Origin: a virus
Lineage: Duplodnaviria > Heunggongvirae > Uroviricota > Caudoviricetes
Length of the DNA: 18,423 bases
Reading direction: 5' to 3' (one strand)
Virus record (IMG/VR): IMGVR_UViG_2667527959_000011
Span: 1-18,423 of that record
This document shows, one piece after another, positions 17,862-18,423 of this stretch. A program made the translations under genes and the position numbers. The first letter of the stretch is position 1, and every line of letters starts with the position of its first letter. The notes beneath the pieces are model-generated. The model was not told the DNA's origin, made no database searches, and saw only the letters and a program-made list of their open reading frames with translations.

Positions 17862-17957
17862 TTTTCACCTCTGATTGATTGGTGGTGCTAAGTGCGCTAC
17901 GCGAAATCTGTAGGACTGACACCGCCAATTTTTCACAGATTTTACGTAGCGCAACCT

Positions 17958-17979
17958 TGATCAAATGATCAAGTGATCA
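17958..17979. promoter_or_regulatory. Triple TGATCA (Dam GATC) cluster in the cre promoter region
   Basis: Three TGATCA hexamers at 8-bp spacing (GATC at 17959, 17967, 17975), about 330 bp upstream of cre. Confidence 0.5.
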
Positions 17980-18050
17980 CTATTTGACCTGCCAAGGTAT
18001 TGAACTGTATGGATTTACAGGTAAATTGATCATATTCAATAACCCTTAAT

Positions 18051-18084
18051 ATAACTTCGTATAATGTATGCTATACGAAGTTAT
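18051..18084 (+). other. loxP: loxP recombination site
   Basis: Exact ATAACTTCGTATA-ATGTATGC-TATACGAAGTTAT: 13-bp inverted arms around the canonical 8-bp spacer. Confidence 0.98.
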
Positions 18085-18127
18085 TAGGTCTGAAGAGGAG
18101 TTTACGTCCAGCTGCGCATAAAAATCA

Positions 18128-18144
18128 AGAATTATTAGAGCAAT
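18128..18144 (-). promoter_or_regulatory. C1 operator-like site
   Basis: Minus strand reads ATTGCTCTAATAATTCT (14/17). The forward strand here also partly matches the consensus, so the site is partly palindromic. Confidence 0.5.
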
Positions 18145-18204
18145 AAATTTTGAGAGAAAAATCCCACTCCACCAGCCAAAAACTGGATTGTTTTTCATAG
18201 TTGT

Positions 18205-18231
18205 TTGACAATTGCTCTAATAAATTATAGT
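18205..18231 (+). promoter_or_regulatory. Candidate promoter with an embedded C1 operator
   Basis: TTGACA (18205-18210) directly followed by ATTGCTCTAATAAATTA (16/17) and a TATAGT -10-like hexamer at 18226-18231. The 15-bp spacer is short for sigma70. Confidence 0.5.
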
Positions 18232-18423
18232 TTTGCCGCCGTTACGTAATACGACTTTGGATTCACTATTTAATGTGTCTTCAGCGTTGTAGAGCGGCTC
18301 AGAAGGAAATGAGCAAACAGGGAAACCTTATACAACGGCATTACAGCTATGCATTGCTCATCTTAGGAAGGTGCGAATAAGCAGGTCATTTCTTCCCAAG
18401 CTGACTCGCTGATTAAAATTTCG

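Noticed and set aside
18051-18084. The Cre/loxP region as a sign of an engineered vector
   Set aside because: loxP and cre sit in their native context with the GATC-rich promoter region, C1 operators and flanking phage genes (ref, darB, prt, lyz, ssb). No antibiotic marker or cloning-vector backbone is present.

Overview
This window reads as a segment of a P1-like phage-plasmid, in reverse orientation relative to the usual P1 map: ssb, lyz, pro, prt, darB, ulx/lxc, mat, ref, cra, cre and a canonical 34-bp loxP site. Gene identities rest on recognisable protein motifs and on P1 synteny recalled from memory; no database search was run. Three things depart from the P1 layout I remember. (1) Between lxc and mat, where P1 carries the res-mod type III restriction system (EcoP1I) plus IS1, there is instead a ~1.4 kb low-GC island encoding a single 435-aa SIR2-like protein. 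It has the defence-type SIR2 motifs, no sirtuin zinc-ribbon cysteines and an uncharacterised C-terminal domain, and is the strongest candidate for a new single-gene defence cargo. (2) An IS200/IS605-family tnpB, frameshifted but with its RuvC and zinc-finger motifs intact, sits between prt and pro. (3) ref carries a frameshift that removes its C-terminal 55 residues. Regulatory signals include five matches to the P1 C1 operator consensus, several intrinsic terminators (two sitting in the leaders of ref and mat), a TGATCA/GATC triplet upstream of cre, and a 10-bp motif shared by two promoter regions. No tRNA, rRNA or CRISPR array was seen.
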